Assembly: GCF_000017305.1 (NCBI RefSeq)
Contig: NC_009664.2
Location: 600,001-632,000, forward strand
DNA: 32,000 bases
Source: Kineococcus radiotolerans SRS30216 = ATCC BAA-149
Lineage (GTDB): Bacteria > Actinomycetota > Actinomycetes > Actinomycetales > Kineococcaceae
Direction of reading: 5' to 3'
Each line of letters starts with the position of its first letter. Within the stretch, counting starts at the first letter, position 1. The translations under genes and the position numbers were made by a program. The notes beneath the pieces are model-generated. The model searched no databases, was not told where the DNA came from, and saw nothing but the letters and a program-made list of their open reading frames with translations. This document shows, one piece after another, positions 14,962 to 23,942 of the stretch.

Positions 14962-15468
14962 GTGACCGACACCACCACCCGCACCGCGGCCACCGGCAGC
15001 GTTCCGGGCCGCACCGCCGGAAACGTCGACAGCCGGGTTCCCGAGCGTCAGCGGAACTCCGCCACCGGTTCGGGTCTGGTCACCGATCACGGCGGCACCA
15101 CCATCGCCGACACCGTCGTCTCCAAGATCGCCGGGATCGCGGCCCGCGACGTGTCTGGCGTCCACGCCCTCGGCGGCGGCGCCGCCCGTGCCGTCGGAAC
15201 CCTGCGCGAACGCATCCCCGGCGGCCGGGTGAACCACGCCCAGGGCGTCTCGGTCGAGGTGGGGGAACGGCAGACCGCCATCGACATCGAACTCGTCGCC
15301 CGGTACGGCGCCCCCATCGACCACCTCGCCACCGCGGTGCGGCGCAACGTCATTGCCTCGGTCGAGCGCATGACGGGCCTGGAGGTCACCGAGGTCAACC
15401 TCGAGGTCTCCGACGTCCACCTCCCGGAGGACGACCAGGACGAGAGGACGGCCCCGCGGGTGCGGTGA
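14962..15468 (+). CDS. Asp23/Gls24-family envelope stress protein
   Basis: The 168-aa product contains TTIADTVVSKIAGIAARDVSGVHALGG...VSVEVGERQTAIDIELVARYGAPIDHLATAVRRNVIASVERMTGLEVTEVNLEVSDVHL. GTG 14962 is preceded by CAGGAGGAA. Confidence 0.88.
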   Translation: MTDTTTRTAATGSVPGRTAGNVDSRVPERQRNSATGSGLVTDHGGTTIADTVVSKIAGIAARDVSGVHALGGGAARAVGTLRERIPGGRVNHAQGVSVEVGERQTAIDIELVARYGAPIDHLATAVRRNVIASVERMTGLEVTEVNLEVSDVHLPEDDQDERTAPRVR

Positions 15469-15600
15469 CGAACCGGTGATGCCCCGCTCCGGTCGCCGGC
15501 CCCCCGCCGGCGGCCCGGGCGGTGGTGGCGGACGCCCGGCGGTCGAACAGCCGGCCGACGGGACGACCGCCGCCGTCCCGGGTGTCCCGGGCCGCACGGC

Positions 15601-15633
15601 GGTGACCGGGCGGGTCGCTCCCGCCCGGTCACC
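15601..15633. terminator. Hairpin between convergent Asp23 and a hypothetical gene
   Basis: ggtgaccgggcggg (15601-15614) pairs with cccgcccggtcacc (15620-15633), with loop tcgct. Confidence 0.45.
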
Positions 15634-15712
15634 GTGCCCCGCCTCGACCCCGAGGAGTTTCTCGTCGTGTCGTCCACGACCCGTCGGCCGATGCGTGCGG
15701 GCCCCTACCGGC

Positions 15713-16057
15713 TCAGCGCGCGGTGGCCGGCCCGCCCGCGGGCGCCACGACGCGGGCACCGACGAGGTCCCGGTCGGTCCCGATCAGCACCGCGGCCAGG
15801 GCGGCGGCCCCCCCGGGGTCGGTGAAGACCCCCCAGCGCGAGGCGACCTCGCCGCGGTCGTCGACGAGCTCGACGTCGCACTCCCGCCCCGGCCCGGAGC
15901 GGTCGAGGTGGACGCGGACGGCGGGCAGCGAGCGCGGGGGCACGGGGAGCACCACCACGAGCCCGTTCCCGTCGCGCACGTACAACCGCGGGTGCGAGGT
16001 GGGGGTGTCCTGCAGGGCCACGTCCAGCGGCCCCCGTCCGATGCGCTGCTTCGCCAC
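15713..16057 (-). CDS. Hypothetical protein (114 aa)
   Basis: GTG 16057 is preceded by GGGAGGAG at good spacing, and codon bias is good. The product reads VAKQRIGRGPLDVALQDTPTSHPRLYVRDGNGLVVVLPV...; no family was recognised. Confidence 0.55.
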   Translation of the reverse strand: MAKQRIGRGPLDVALQDTPTSHPRLYVRDGNGLVVVLPVPPRSLPAVRVHLDRSGPGRECDVELVDDRGEVASRWGVFTDPGGAAALAAVLIGTDRDLVGARVVAPAGGPATAR

Positions 16058-16172
16058 GGCGTGCTCCTCCCGACCGGGCCCGCGACGTCGCGGGCCCGGG
16101 GACGACGCTGGCACCGGGACCGGGGAACACCCGGGGCGCCACCTGGGAGTCCCTGGGCGCGGGGGCGGCGCG

Positions 16173-17444
16173 TCAGCCGGGGCCCGGCGCCCCGGCCCGC
16201 TCCCGCACCGCCGCGCGCACGATCCCCGTCGCCGCCTCGGCGACGTCGAGGTCGGTGCCGGCCCACAGCCGCTCCACCCAGGGCCCGGCGAAGAGGCCGA
16301 CCAGGGTGGGCGTCCCGTCGGCGGGCGTGGCGTCCAGCCACTCGCTGACCTCCCCCGCCCGCGGCCCGTGGACGCGGTAGTACCCCGAGGGGTGCCGCGG
16401 CCAGAACCCCCGCTCGAAGCGCAGCACCACCTTCTCCACCCGCCCCGCCCCCAGCCGCGACAGGGCGGCGCGGTGCGCGGCCGGCAGCGGGGGGACGAAC
16501 TCCACCGCGCCGCCGGCCAGGACCGGGACCGGGACGGTCACGACGACGGCGTCGACGGAGCAGCGGTGGCCGTCGCCGACCAGGGTCACCGCGTCCGCAG
16601 TCGTCTCCACCCGGCGCACCGGCCGCCCCAGCCGCACGTCGAGCCCGCGGGTCAGGTGCCGCACCAGCAGGCCGTACGAGCCGACGATCCACCGGTCGCC
16701 CTCCCCCACCCCCGCCTCCACGCCGTGGCGGGCGCTCAGCCACGACAGGGACGCTCCCGCGTCCAGGACCACCTCCGCGTCGACGAAGCGGCGCACCTCC
16801 TGCCGCGTCCACGGCTGCGGGGAGCGCAGCCACCGCGCCACGACGTGGCCGAGGGAGGTGCCCGGCGCCGCGGCCGCCGTGCGCCGCTCCAGCTCCCGGC
16901 GCAGCCGCGCGGCGTCGGGGGCGGCGACCGGCGGGCCGAGCACCAGGGGGTCGGTGAAGTCGGTGGCGACGGTCCGCAGCCCGATCCCCTCGCCCACCCG
17001 GGCCAGGACGTTGTCGTCGTACTGCTGCAGCCAGTTGGCGCCCAGGTCGAAGGAGCCGCCGCCCACCTCCACCGGCGCGGCGCGCCCGCCGGTGCGCTCG
17101 CGGGCCTCCCACACCTGCACCCGCGCCCCGCCCTCGACGAGCCGGCGCGCGGCGGCGAGCCCGGCGAAGCCGGCGCCCACGACGGCGACCCGGGTGAACC
17201 CCCGTCCCAGGGCCCAGTCGGCGGCCGCGACGCCCTGCTCGTGGGCGCCGTGGGTCATGCCCGCCCGGGTGGGGTGGGTCGCCTCACCGGCGATGCGCAG
17301 CCGGCCCGCCACGGGTGAGCCCAGCCGGACCCGGTCGGCGGGCGAGCCGTGGCGGCCGATGAGGCTCCAGGAGCCCCGCGACCACGGGTCCTGCCCCCAG
17401 CGCGAGACCGCGGAGGCGAACGGGCGGGTGGGCACGGCCGTCAC
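16173..17444 (-). CDS. FAD-dependent amine oxidase (PF01593-like), apparently circularly permuted
   Basis: 423 aa. Residues about 14-79 (SRWGQDPWSRGSWS...GRLRIAGEATHPTRAGMTHGAHEQGVAAADWAL) match the usual C-terminal FAD segment. They are followed by the N-terminal Rossmann motif RVAVVGAGFAGLAAARRLVEGGARVQVWEARERTGGR and the substrate domain. GTG 17444 lies 12 nt after the hydrolase stop. Confidence 0.8.
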   Translation of the reverse strand: MTAVPTRPFASAVSRWGQDPWSRGSWSLIGRHGSPADRVRLGSPVAGRLRIAGEATHPTRAGMTHGAHEQGVAAADWALGRGFTRVAVVGAGFAGLAAARRLVEGGARVQVWEARERTGGRAAPVEVGGGSFDLGANWLQQYDDNVLARVGEGIGLRTVATDFTDPLVLGPPVAAPDAARLRRELERRTAAAAPGTSLGHVVARWLRSPQPWTRQEVRRFVDAEVVLDAGASLSWLSARHGVEAGVGEGDRWIVGSYGLLVRHLTRGLDVRLGRPVRRVETTADAVTLVGDGHRCSVDAVVVTVPVPVLAGGAVEFVPPLPAAHRAALSRLGAGRVEKVVLRFERGFWPRHPSGYYRVHGPRAGEVSEWLDATPADGTPTLVGLFAGPWVERLWAGTDLDVAEAATGIVRAAVRERAGAPGPG

Positions 17445-17455
17445 CGCGGGCCCCT

Positions 17456-18634
17456 TCAGGCGTCCTCCCGCAGCGTGGTGGAGACGAACCGGCGCACGGC
17501 GGTCTCCCAGCGCTGCGGGTCCACGTTCCACTCCCGGGTGTGGCCGGCGGTGGAGCTCGGCACGTAGGTCACCAGGTCCGGCCGGGCCTGCGCGAGCCGG
17601 CGCGAGGGGCCGTCGGGGACGTAGTCGTCGGCGTCGGAGTGCAGCAGCAGCACCGGCAGGACGAGTTCCCCGGCGCGGCGCACCCAGTCCATGGGGCGCA
17701 GGTCCAGCGGCCCCTCGACCCCCACCAGCCGGCGGCCCAGCGGGTGGGCCAGCAGCCGCAACCCGTAGCGCCCCAGCCGGACCGGGATCCGGCGGCGACG
17801 GGCCTGGTGGTCCAGCACGTCGTACCAGTCGAGCACCGGGCCGTCGAGGACGAGGGCGGCGACCCGCCCGGCCAGCGGGGAGCGCGCCACCAGCTGCAGC
17901 AGGATCGCCCCGCCCATGGACCAGCCGACGAGCAGCACCCGGCGGGCGCCGGAGTCCAGCGCGTGCTGGACCACGGCCTCGACGTCGCGCCACTCGGTGT
18001 CGCCCAGGCCGTAGCGGCCCGCGGCCACCGCGGGCGCGTCGGCGTCGTTGCGGTAGCTCGGCACCAGGCACGGGATCCCCAGCTCGTGCAACACCGGCAG
18101 CGCGCGCAGCGCCTCCTCCCGCGTCGCGCCGCGGCCGTGGACGAGGACCGCCCACACCCCGCCGGGGACCGCGCCGGGCGCCGCCGCGGGGACGGACCAG
18201 CAGGGCAGCTCCCCGACCTCGCCGCTCACGGCGAGGTCGTCGTGGGCGAGGCCGAGCGCCGCCGTGGGGTTCCCGGCGTAGTAGTACTGGTTCCACCGCG
18301 CCGCCCCGGGGCGCGGCACCCCGGCGTCCACCCCGAGCAGCTCCCGGGTGACGCGCCCGTCGGTGACGTCGAGGACGTCACCGACGCGGAAGTGCCCGGC
18401 CCCGCCGTCGGTCCAGACCCCGTAGCGGCCCGGGACGACGGTGTCGGCGGTCTCGGTGAGCACCACCCGGCGCGGCCCGACCTGCAGCACCTCCAGGTCG
18501 TCGGGCTTGTCCCGGCGCGGGGTCACCACGGCGCGGGCGAAGCCGACGGCGACCCCGGTGAGGGCCGCCCCGGTGAGCGCCGCCGTCACCGTCGCGGTGG
18601 CCGCGGCCAGGGAGGCCACCCGGCGCCCCCTCAC
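17456..18634 (-). CDS. Alpha/beta-hydrolase-fold protein with an N-terminal membrane anchor
   Basis: Nucleophile elbow VLLVGWSMGGA, acid LLLHSDADDYVP and His STAGHTREW are present. N-terminal hydrophobic stretch ASLAAATATVTAALTGAALTGVAVGFA. GTG 18634 overlaps the upstream stop (GTGA). Confidence 0.8.
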   Translation of the reverse strand: MRGRRVASLAAATATVTAALTGAALTGVAVGFARAVVTPRRDKPDDLEVLQVGPRRVVLTETADTVVPGRYGVWTDGGAGHFRVGDVLDVTDGRVTRELLGVDAGVPRPGAARWNQYYYAGNPTAALGLAHDDLAVSGEVGELPCWSVPAAAPGAVPGGVWAVLVHGRGATREEALRALPVLHELGIPCLVPSYRNDADAPAVAAGRYGLGDTEWRDVEAVVQHALDSGARRVLLVGWSMGGAILLQLVARSPLAGRVAALVLDGPVLDWYDVLDHQARRRRIPVRLGRYGLRLLAHPLGRRLVGVEGPLDLRPMDWVRRAGELVLPVLLLHSDADDYVPDGPSRRLAQARPDLVTYVPSSTAGHTREWNVDPQRWETAVRRFVSTTLREDA

Positions 18635-19068
18635 CGGCCCGCCCGCCAGGCGGCGCGGACCAGCGGCAGTTGCAGCGGCAGCCGGGCGAGGGCGAGCGCC
18701 CGGCGCCGGGAGCCGGGCGGGGAGTCCAGGGCCATCTTCACGTTCGCCGGCCACACGGCGAGCAGGAACACCGCGGCCGCCCCGCCGGCGGCGCGACGGG
18801 TGGCGGGGACCGCCAGCCCGGCGGCCAGGGCGAGCTCGGCGAGGCCCGAGGCGAGGGTCCAGGTGCGGGGGCGGCCGGGCAGGGAGCGGGGCACGATCGC
18901 GTCGAAGCCCACGGGGCGGGCCAGGTGGGCGACCCCGGCGGCGGCGAGGAGCGCCGCCGTCGGCCGCCACCGCCCCCGTCCCTGCCCGCGTCCCCGCCCC
19001 TGCCCGCGCCGCGGGTGCGGCCCGCCGGTCCCGCGCCCGTCCGCGCGGCTGAGCCCTCGCCCGATCAC
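18631..19068 (-). CDS. Small DoxX-like integral membrane protein with an Arg/Gly-rich N-terminus
   Basis: The C-terminal part (AALLAAAGVAHLARPVGFDAIVPRSLPGRPRTWTLASGLAELALAAGLAVPATRRAAGGAAAVFLLAVWPANVKMAL) resembles the DoxX_2 family from memory. The start (GTG 19068) is uncertain. Confidence 0.55.
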   Translation of the reverse strand: MIGRGLSRADGRGTGGPHPRRGQGRGRGQGRGRWRPTAALLAAAGVAHLARPVGFDAIVPRSLPGRPRTWTLASGLAELALAAGLAVPATRRAAGGAAAVFLLAVWPANVKMALDSPPGSRRRALALARLPLQLPLVRAAWRAGR

Positions 19069-19128
19069 ACCGGCGATCCTGCCCGACGCCCCGGCGCCGC
19101 GTCCGCACGCCCCCGCTAGGGTCGGCGG

Positions 19129-19653
19129 GTGGATCCGAGCGCACCCGTGGACAGCTGGACCGTCGTCGTCCTCACCGAGGAGGCGTTCGGCGACGTCGAC
19201 GCCCGCAACGTGGCCGGCCTGCACGCCGACGCCCGGGCCGCCGGGGCCGAGGTGCGCCACCTGGTCCTGGTGCCCGTCGAGACCGGCCGCAGCCTGCTGG
19301 CCGGGGTCTTGGACCACCTGAGCCTGGGCGAGGTGCGCGCGGCGCTGGACGAGGTCCGCCACGGCCACCCCGACCCGTCCCGGGCCCGCGCCGAGGCCGA
19401 GGCGGCGCTGGCCGCGACCCTGGCGGCGCTGCGGGACCTGGGGCTGAGCGCCGAGGGCCGCACCACGGAGGGGGACCCGCTGCCGGCGGTGCGCGAGGCC
19501 CTCGCCACCGGCGCCGACGTCCGCGAGCTCGTCGTGGTGACCCGCCCGCACGCCGTGGAGGACACCTTCCACACCGACTGGGCCTCCCGGGCCCGCGACG
19601 CCCTCGGGGTGCCCGTCCTGCACGTCTACGCGGGCACCACCCGCCTCGGCTGA
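19129..19653 (+). CDS. Conserved hypothetical protein (USP-like alpha/beta pattern)
   Basis: 174-aa ORF with good codon bias and alternating beta-alpha pattern (WTVVVLTEE...[10 protein letters not shown]...[12 protein letters not shown]...VPVLHVYAG). The start is GTG 19129 or GTG 19147. Confidence 0.6.
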   Translation: MDPSAPVDSWTVVVLTEEAFGDVDARNVAGLHADARAAGAEVRHLVLVPVETGRSLLAGVLDHLSLGEVRAALDEVRHGHPDPSRARAEAEAALAATLAALRDLGLSAEGRTTEGDPLPAVREALATGADVRELVVVTRPHAVEDTFHTDWASRARDALGVPVLHVYAGTTRLG

Positions 19654-19693
19654 GGACCGGAACACCCGCCGGGGCCGGGGGGTTGGACGTGGC

Positions 19694-20143
19694 ATGACCG
19701 CAGACACGCCGCAGACCAGCCAGGGCCCGAGCACGAAAACCTACAACGTCACCAAGACCGACGCGGAGTGGCGCGCTGAACTGGACCCGATGGCCTACCA
19801 CGTGCTGCGTCAGGCCGGGACCGAGCGCCCCTTCACCGGCGAGTACGAGGACACCACCACCGAGGGCGTCTACGCCTGCCGCGCCTGCGGTGCGGAGCTG
19901 TTCACCAGCGCCGAGAAGTTCGCCTCGCACTGCGGGTGGCCGTCGTTCTTCGACCCCAAGGACTCCGCCGCGGTGGAGCTCCTCGTCGACGACAGCCTGG
20001 GGATGCGCCGCACCGAGGTGCGCTGCGCGAACTGCGGCTCCCACCTCGGCCACGTGTTCGAGGGCGAGGGCTACCCGACCCCCACCGACCAGCGGTACTG
20101 CATCAACTCGGTCAGCCTGAGCCTGCGGCCCACCTCGGCCTGA
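19694..20143 (+). CDS. msrB: Peptide-methionine (R)-S-oxide reductase
   Basis: Contains RPFTGEY, the zinc CxxC pairs ([21 protein letters not shown]), GWPSF and the catalytic RYCINS (TGC Cys codon). Confidence 0.92.
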   Translation: MTADTPQTSQGPSTKTYNVTKTDAEWRAELDPMAYHVLRQAGTERPFTGEYEDTTTEGVYACRACGAELFTSAEKFASHCGWPSFFDPKDSAAVELLVDDSLGMRRTEVRCANCGSHLGHVFEGEGYPTPTDQRYCINSVSLSLRPTSA

Positions 20144-20208
20144 TCGCGCCCCGGGCCCCCGGCGCAGCGCGGATGCGCCCGCCCGGGGGCCCGGGCACAG
20201 TGGGGGCC

Positions 20209-20565
20209 ATGAGCGAGCCGTACTCCGAGACCTACCAGCCCATCGACCCCGAGCTGGACCCCCTGGCCGACCCGGACCTGCGGCAGGCCGACTCGTCCAT
20301 CCCGCAGGAGGACGACGAGGACGGCGGCGACCTGCGCGACCTGCAGACGGACACCCTCCTCTCCGACAGCGACGACGACACCTACGACGCCACGCGGCGG
20401 GTGAGCCGGGCGACGGAGGAGCTGATGCGCGACGACGTCGACCCGGACAACGAGACCATCGAGGAGCGCCTCCAGCAGGAGGAGCCCGACGAGTCCGGCG
20501 GCTCCGGGCACGTGGGGGGCGACCACGTCGCGGCCGCCGACACCGAGGACCCCGAGCGGATCTGA
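20209..20565 (+). CDS. Highly acidic small protein (DUF5709-like)
   Basis: 118-aa product starting MSEPYSETYQPIDPELDPLADPDLRQ, very Asp/Glu-rich. ATG 20209 is in frame with track ORF 19936..20565. Confidence 0.65.
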   Translation: MSEPYSETYQPIDPELDPLADPDLRQADSSIPQEDDEDGGDLRDLQTDTLLSDSDDDTYDATRRVSRATEELMRDDVDPDNETIEERLQQEEPDESGGSGHVGGDHVAAADTEDPERI

Positions 20566-20582
20566 GCCCTCCCGGGACGTCG

Positions 20583-20635
20583 CGCACGCGCGAGAGCCGC
20601 TGCCCCCGTCGGGGACAGCGGCTCTCGCGCGTGCG
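20583..20635. terminator. Bidirectional hairpin terminator (perfect 20-bp arms)
   Basis: cgcacgcgcgagagccgctg (20583-20602) is the perfect complement of cagcggctctcgcgcgtgcg (20616-20635), with an inner cccc/gggg extension. It lies between the convergent acidic-protein gene and hemQ. Confidence 0.65.
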
Positions 20636-20649
20636 GGGTACGGCCGTTC

Positions 20650-21381
20650 TCAGGGCAGGGCGTCGACGAGGTCGGCCAGCGCCACCCGGGGACCGGTGAA
20701 GAACGGCACCTCCTCGCGCACGTGGCGCCGGGCCTCGGTGTCGCGCAGGTCGCGCATGAGGTCGACGATGCGGTGCAGCTCGTCGGCCTCGAAGGCGAGG
20801 ATCCACTCGTAGTCGCCCAGCGAGAACGCGGAGACGGTGTTGGCGCGGACGTCCTCGTAGGGGCGGGCCTTGAGGCCGTGGTCGCGCAGCATCTTCCGGC
20901 GCTCGTCGTCGGGCAGCAGGTACCACTCGTAGGAGCGGACGAAGGGGTAGACGGACACGTAGTCGCGGGCCCGCTCCCCGGACAGGAACGCCGGCACGTG
21001 GCCGCGGTTGAACTCCGCGGGCCGGTGCAGGCCCACGACCGACCAGACCGGCACCAGGTGCCGGCCCAGCCGCGTCCGGCGCAGCCGGCGGTAGGCCTCC
21101 TGGACGAGCTCGACGGTCGGCGCGTGCCACCAGAACATGAGGTCGGCGTCGGCGCGCAGGCCGGCGACGTCGTAGGACCCGCGCACGACCAGGCCCCGGC
21201 CGGTGAGCTCGTCGAGCAGGTCCTGGACCTCGCGGGTCAGGTCCGTGCGCTCGCCCTCGCCCAGGGGGCTCTCCACGGCGAAGACCGACCACATCGCGTA
21301 GGCGATGGTGCTGTTGATCTCGTCGACGCTGGGGGCCGGTGGCTGCTGCTCGGGGGACGGTTCGGTGTGCTGCTCGGTCAT
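20650..21381 (-). CDS. hemQ: Coproheme decarboxylase / hydrogen-peroxide-dependent heme synthase (chlorite-dismutase family)
   Basis: 243-aa product with [25 protein letters not shown] and [22 protein letters not shown]. Its ATG (21381-21379) overlaps the hemY stop (ATGA). Confidence 0.88.
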   Translation of the reverse strand: MTEQHTEPSPEQQPPAPSVDEINSTIAYAMWSVFAVESPLGEGERTDLTREVQDLLDELTGRGLVVRGSYDVAGLRADADLMFWWHAPTVELVQEAYRRLRRTRLGRHLVPVWSVVGLHRPAEFNRGHVPAFLSGERARDYVSVYPFVRSYEWYLLPDDERRKMLRDHGLKARPYEDVRANTVSAFSLGDYEWILAFEADELHRIVDLMRDLRDTEARRHVREEVPFFTGPRVALADLVDALP

Positions 21382-22826
21382 GCCCGCATCCTCCCCCAGG
21401 CCGGTGCGAGCTCCGCACGCACCTGCGCCGCCGCGCGCCGGGCGGCCCCGACGCAGGCCGGGATCCCGACCCCGTCCAGGACCGAGCCGCAGACGGCGAG
21501 CCGGCCCGCGGCCCCGACGGCCGCGCGCAGCCGCTCGACCCGGTCGAGGTGGCCCACGGCGTACTGCGGCAGGCCGTCCACCCAGCGCACCACGGCGTGC
21601 TCGACCGGGTGCAGGTCGCGTCCCAGCAGCCGGGAGGCGTCGGCGGTGGCCCAGCGCACCACGTCGGCGTCCTCGGCCCCCAGGGCCTCGGTCTCCCCCG
21701 CGCGTCCCAGCGAGACGCGGAGCACGGCGGTGCCCCCGGGCCGGTCCCCGCGCTGGTCCCCGACCCAGTCCCACTTGTTCCCCGACAGCGTCAGCGCCTT
21801 GGCGCGCAGGCCCTCCACCGCGGCGACGGCGGGCGGGACGAGCAGCCCCGAACCGGTCAGCCCGGACAGCTCCCCCGCCGGGACGGCGAGCGCGGCGATG
21901 ACCACGCTCGCGGTCTCGACCCCGCGCAGCTCGGCCGCGGCGGCGGGGACGGGTTCGGCCAGCAGCCGCGCCGCGGCGGGGGCGGGCACGGCGACGACGA
22001 CGGCGTCGGCGTGGCGGGAGCAGCGGGCGGTGTCGACGAGCCAGCCGTCGGGGCGGCGCTCCAGGCGGGTGACGGGGGTGGAGGTGGCGACCACGGCGCC
22101 GCGCTCGCGCAGCCGCTCGGCGAGGGTCCGCGGGAGGGTGGCCAGGCCGCCGCGCAGGCCCGCGAAGACGGGGGCGCTGGAGGCGGCGGGGGGTTCGGCG
22201 ATGGCGTGCAGGAGGGAACCGCCGCGCACGGCGTGCTGCCACAGGGCGGGGACGGTGGCGCGCAGGGACAGCTGCGCGGCGTGGCCGGCGTACACCCCGC
22301 CGAGGAGGGGTTCGACGAGGCGGTCGACGACGGCCTGCCCGACGCGGGCGGCGACGTAGTCGGCGACGGCGACGTCCTCGGTCAGCGGCGGGGCGGGCAG
22401 GTCCGGTTCGGCGCGCACGCGGGCCACCTCCGCGGGGGCGAGGAACCCCTCCACCGCGTCGGCGGAGCGCGGGACCCCCATGAGGGTGCCTGAGGGCAGC
22501 GGGTCGAGGCGGCCGGGGGAACGGACGCTCGCGCGGGCGGTGGCGGGGTGGACGAGGGCGTCGGCGAGACCGGCGTCGCGGACCAGGTCCACGCCCTCGG
22601 GGCGGCGGGCGAGCATCGACTCGGCGCCGACGTCGAGGACGACCCCGCCGACCTCGGCGCGCTGCAGGACGCCCCCGACGACGTCGGCGGCCTCGAGGAC
22701 CTCGACGGTGAACTCCCCGGAGCGGGTGAGCTCCCACGCGGCGGTGAGGCCGGAGATCCCGGCCCCCACGACGACCACGTGCGGGAGGGCGCGGGGGCGG
22801 GGCGGGGCGGGGGTCAGCTCCGCCAC
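21378..22826 (-). CDS. hemY: Protoporphyrinogen/coproporphyrinogen III oxidase (FAD)
   Basis: 482 aa with the N-terminal Rossmann motif [18 protein letters not shown]...[10 protein letters not shown]. It sits between hemE and hemQ, as in the coproporphyrin-dependent pathway of Actinobacteria. Confidence 0.85.
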   Translation of the reverse strand: MAELTPAPPRPRALPHVVVVGAGISGLTAAWELTRSGEFTVEVLEAADVVGGVLQRAEVGGVVLDVGAESMLARRPEGVDLVRDAGLADALVHPATARASVRSPGRLDPLPSGTLMGVPRSADAVEGFLAPAEVARVRAEPDLPAPPLTEDVAVADYVAARVGQAVVDRLVEPLLGGVYAGHAAQLSLRATVPALWQHAVRGGSLLHAIAEPPAASSAPVFAGLRGGLATLPRTLAERLRERGAVVATSTPVTRLERRPDGWLVDTARCSRHADAVVVAVPAPAAARLLAEPVPAAAAELRGVETASVVIAALAVPAGELSGLTGSGLLVPPAVAAVEGLRAKALTLSGNKWDWVGDQRGDRPGGTAVLRVSLGRAGETEALGAEDADVVRWATADASRLLGRDLHPVEHAVVRWVDGLPQYAVGHLDRVERLRAAVGAAGRLAVCGSVLDGVGIPACVGAARRAAAQVRAELAPAWGRMRA

Positions 22827-23878
22827 GCGTGGACCTCCTCCACGACCCGGGCCAGGACGGCGGGGTCCGCGGTGGGCGGGACGCCGTGGCCGAGGTTCAC
22901 GACGTGCCCGCCCCCGGCGCGCTCGCCCTCGGCGAGGATCCGGTGCAGGTCCGCGCGCAGGACGTCCCAGGGGGCGAAGAGCAGGGCGGGGTCGAGGTTG
23001 CCCTGGACGGCGACGGGGCGTCCCGCGCCGGCCGCGCCGCGGGCGGCGCCGACGTCGAGGGGGACGCGGAAGTCCACGCCGAGGACGTCGACGCCGCCGT
23101 CGACGGCGGCCATCGCGCCGAGCAGCTCCCCGGTGCCGGTGCCGAAGTGCGTGCGCGGCACCCCCAGGTCGGACACCGCGGCCAGCGCGGCCGAGGAGTG
23201 CGGGGCGACGAGGCGCTCGTAGTCAGCCAGCGGCAGCGCGCCCACCCAGGAGTCGAAGAGCTGGACCGCGGAGGCGCCGGCGAGGACCTGGGCGCGCAGG
23301 AAGGTGCCGGCGATCTGGGCCAGGCGGGCGGCGAGGTCGTGCCACAGCTGCGGGTCGGCGTGCATCAGCGCTTTGGTGCGCAGCAGGTCCCGGGAGGGGC
23401 CGCCCTCGACGAGGTAGCTGGCGAGGGTGAAGGGGGCCCCGGCGAAGCCGATGAGCGGGACCCCGTCGCCGATGCCGGCGAGCTGCGCGGTGGTGAGCGC
23501 GACGGCGTCGGTGACGTGCTGGAGGGCGTCCAGGGACAGCTCCGGCAGGCGGTCGAGGTCGGCGCGGGTGCGGAAGGGCTCGGCGATGACGGGACCGGTG
23601 CCCGCGACGATCTCGACGCCGACGCCGGCGGCCTCGAGGGGGACCACGATGTCGGAGTAGAAGACCGCGGCGTCGACGTCGTAGCGGCGCACGGGCTGCA
23701 GGGTGATCTCCGCGACGAGCTCGGGGATCCGGCAGGACTCCAGCATCGTCGTGCCCGCCCGCGCCTCGCGGTACTCCGGCAGCGAGCGGCCGGCCTGGCG
23801 CATGAACCAGACGGGGGTGCGGCGCGGGGTGGTGCCCCCGCGGGCGGCGTGGAGGTAGGCGGAGTTCTCGAGGGGCAC
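22814..23878 (-). CDS. hemE: Uroporphyrinogen decarboxylase
   Basis: Contains [53 protein letters not shown] and VNLGHGV. GTG 23878 gives a canonical 354 aa. The track ORF extends upstream into non-homologous sequence. Confidence 0.9.
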   Translation of the reverse strand: MPLENSAYLHAARGGTTPRRTPVWFMRQAGRSLPEYREARAGTTMLESCRIPELVAEITLQPVRRYDVDAAVFYSDIVVPLEAAGVGVEIVAGTGPVIAEPFRTRADLDRLPELSLDALQHVTDAVALTTAQLAGIGDGVPLIGFAGAPFTLASYLVEGGPSRDLLRTKALMHADPQLWHDLAARLAQIAGTFLRAQVLAGASAVQLFDSWVGALPLADYERLVAPHSSAALAAVSDLGVPRTHFGTGTGELLGAMAAVDGGVDVLGVDFRVPLDVGAARGAAGAGRPVAVQGNLDPALLFAPWDVLRADLHRILAEGERAGGGHVVNLGHGVPPTADPAVLARVVEEVHAWRS

Positions 23879-23942
23879 GCGCCGATGCTCCCACGGCGTG
23901 GCTGACGCCCCCGCGGGGTCGGGGGTGCCTAGGCTCCCTGGC

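Noticed and set aside
15469-15712. A possible small gene or sRNA in the 244-bp gap after Asp23 (for example the start of track ORF 15476..16348).
   Set aside because: The translation is Gly/Pro/Arg-rich with no hydrophobic or family pattern. The only clear structure is the 15601-15633 hairpin, which is adequately explained as a terminator for convergent genes.
15713-16057. PilZ-like c-di-GMP binding motif in the 114-aa hypothetical protein (DRSGPG resembles DxSxxG).
   Set aside because: The partner RxxxR motif is absent (only QRIGR, i.e. RxxR), and the spacing of about 47 residues does not fit. This is too weak to call.
19694-20143. msrB or selD as additional selenoproteins.
   Set aside because: The catalytic positions are TGC Cys codons (RYCINS in MsrB, GGGCACK in SelD). 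No in-frame TGA is present.
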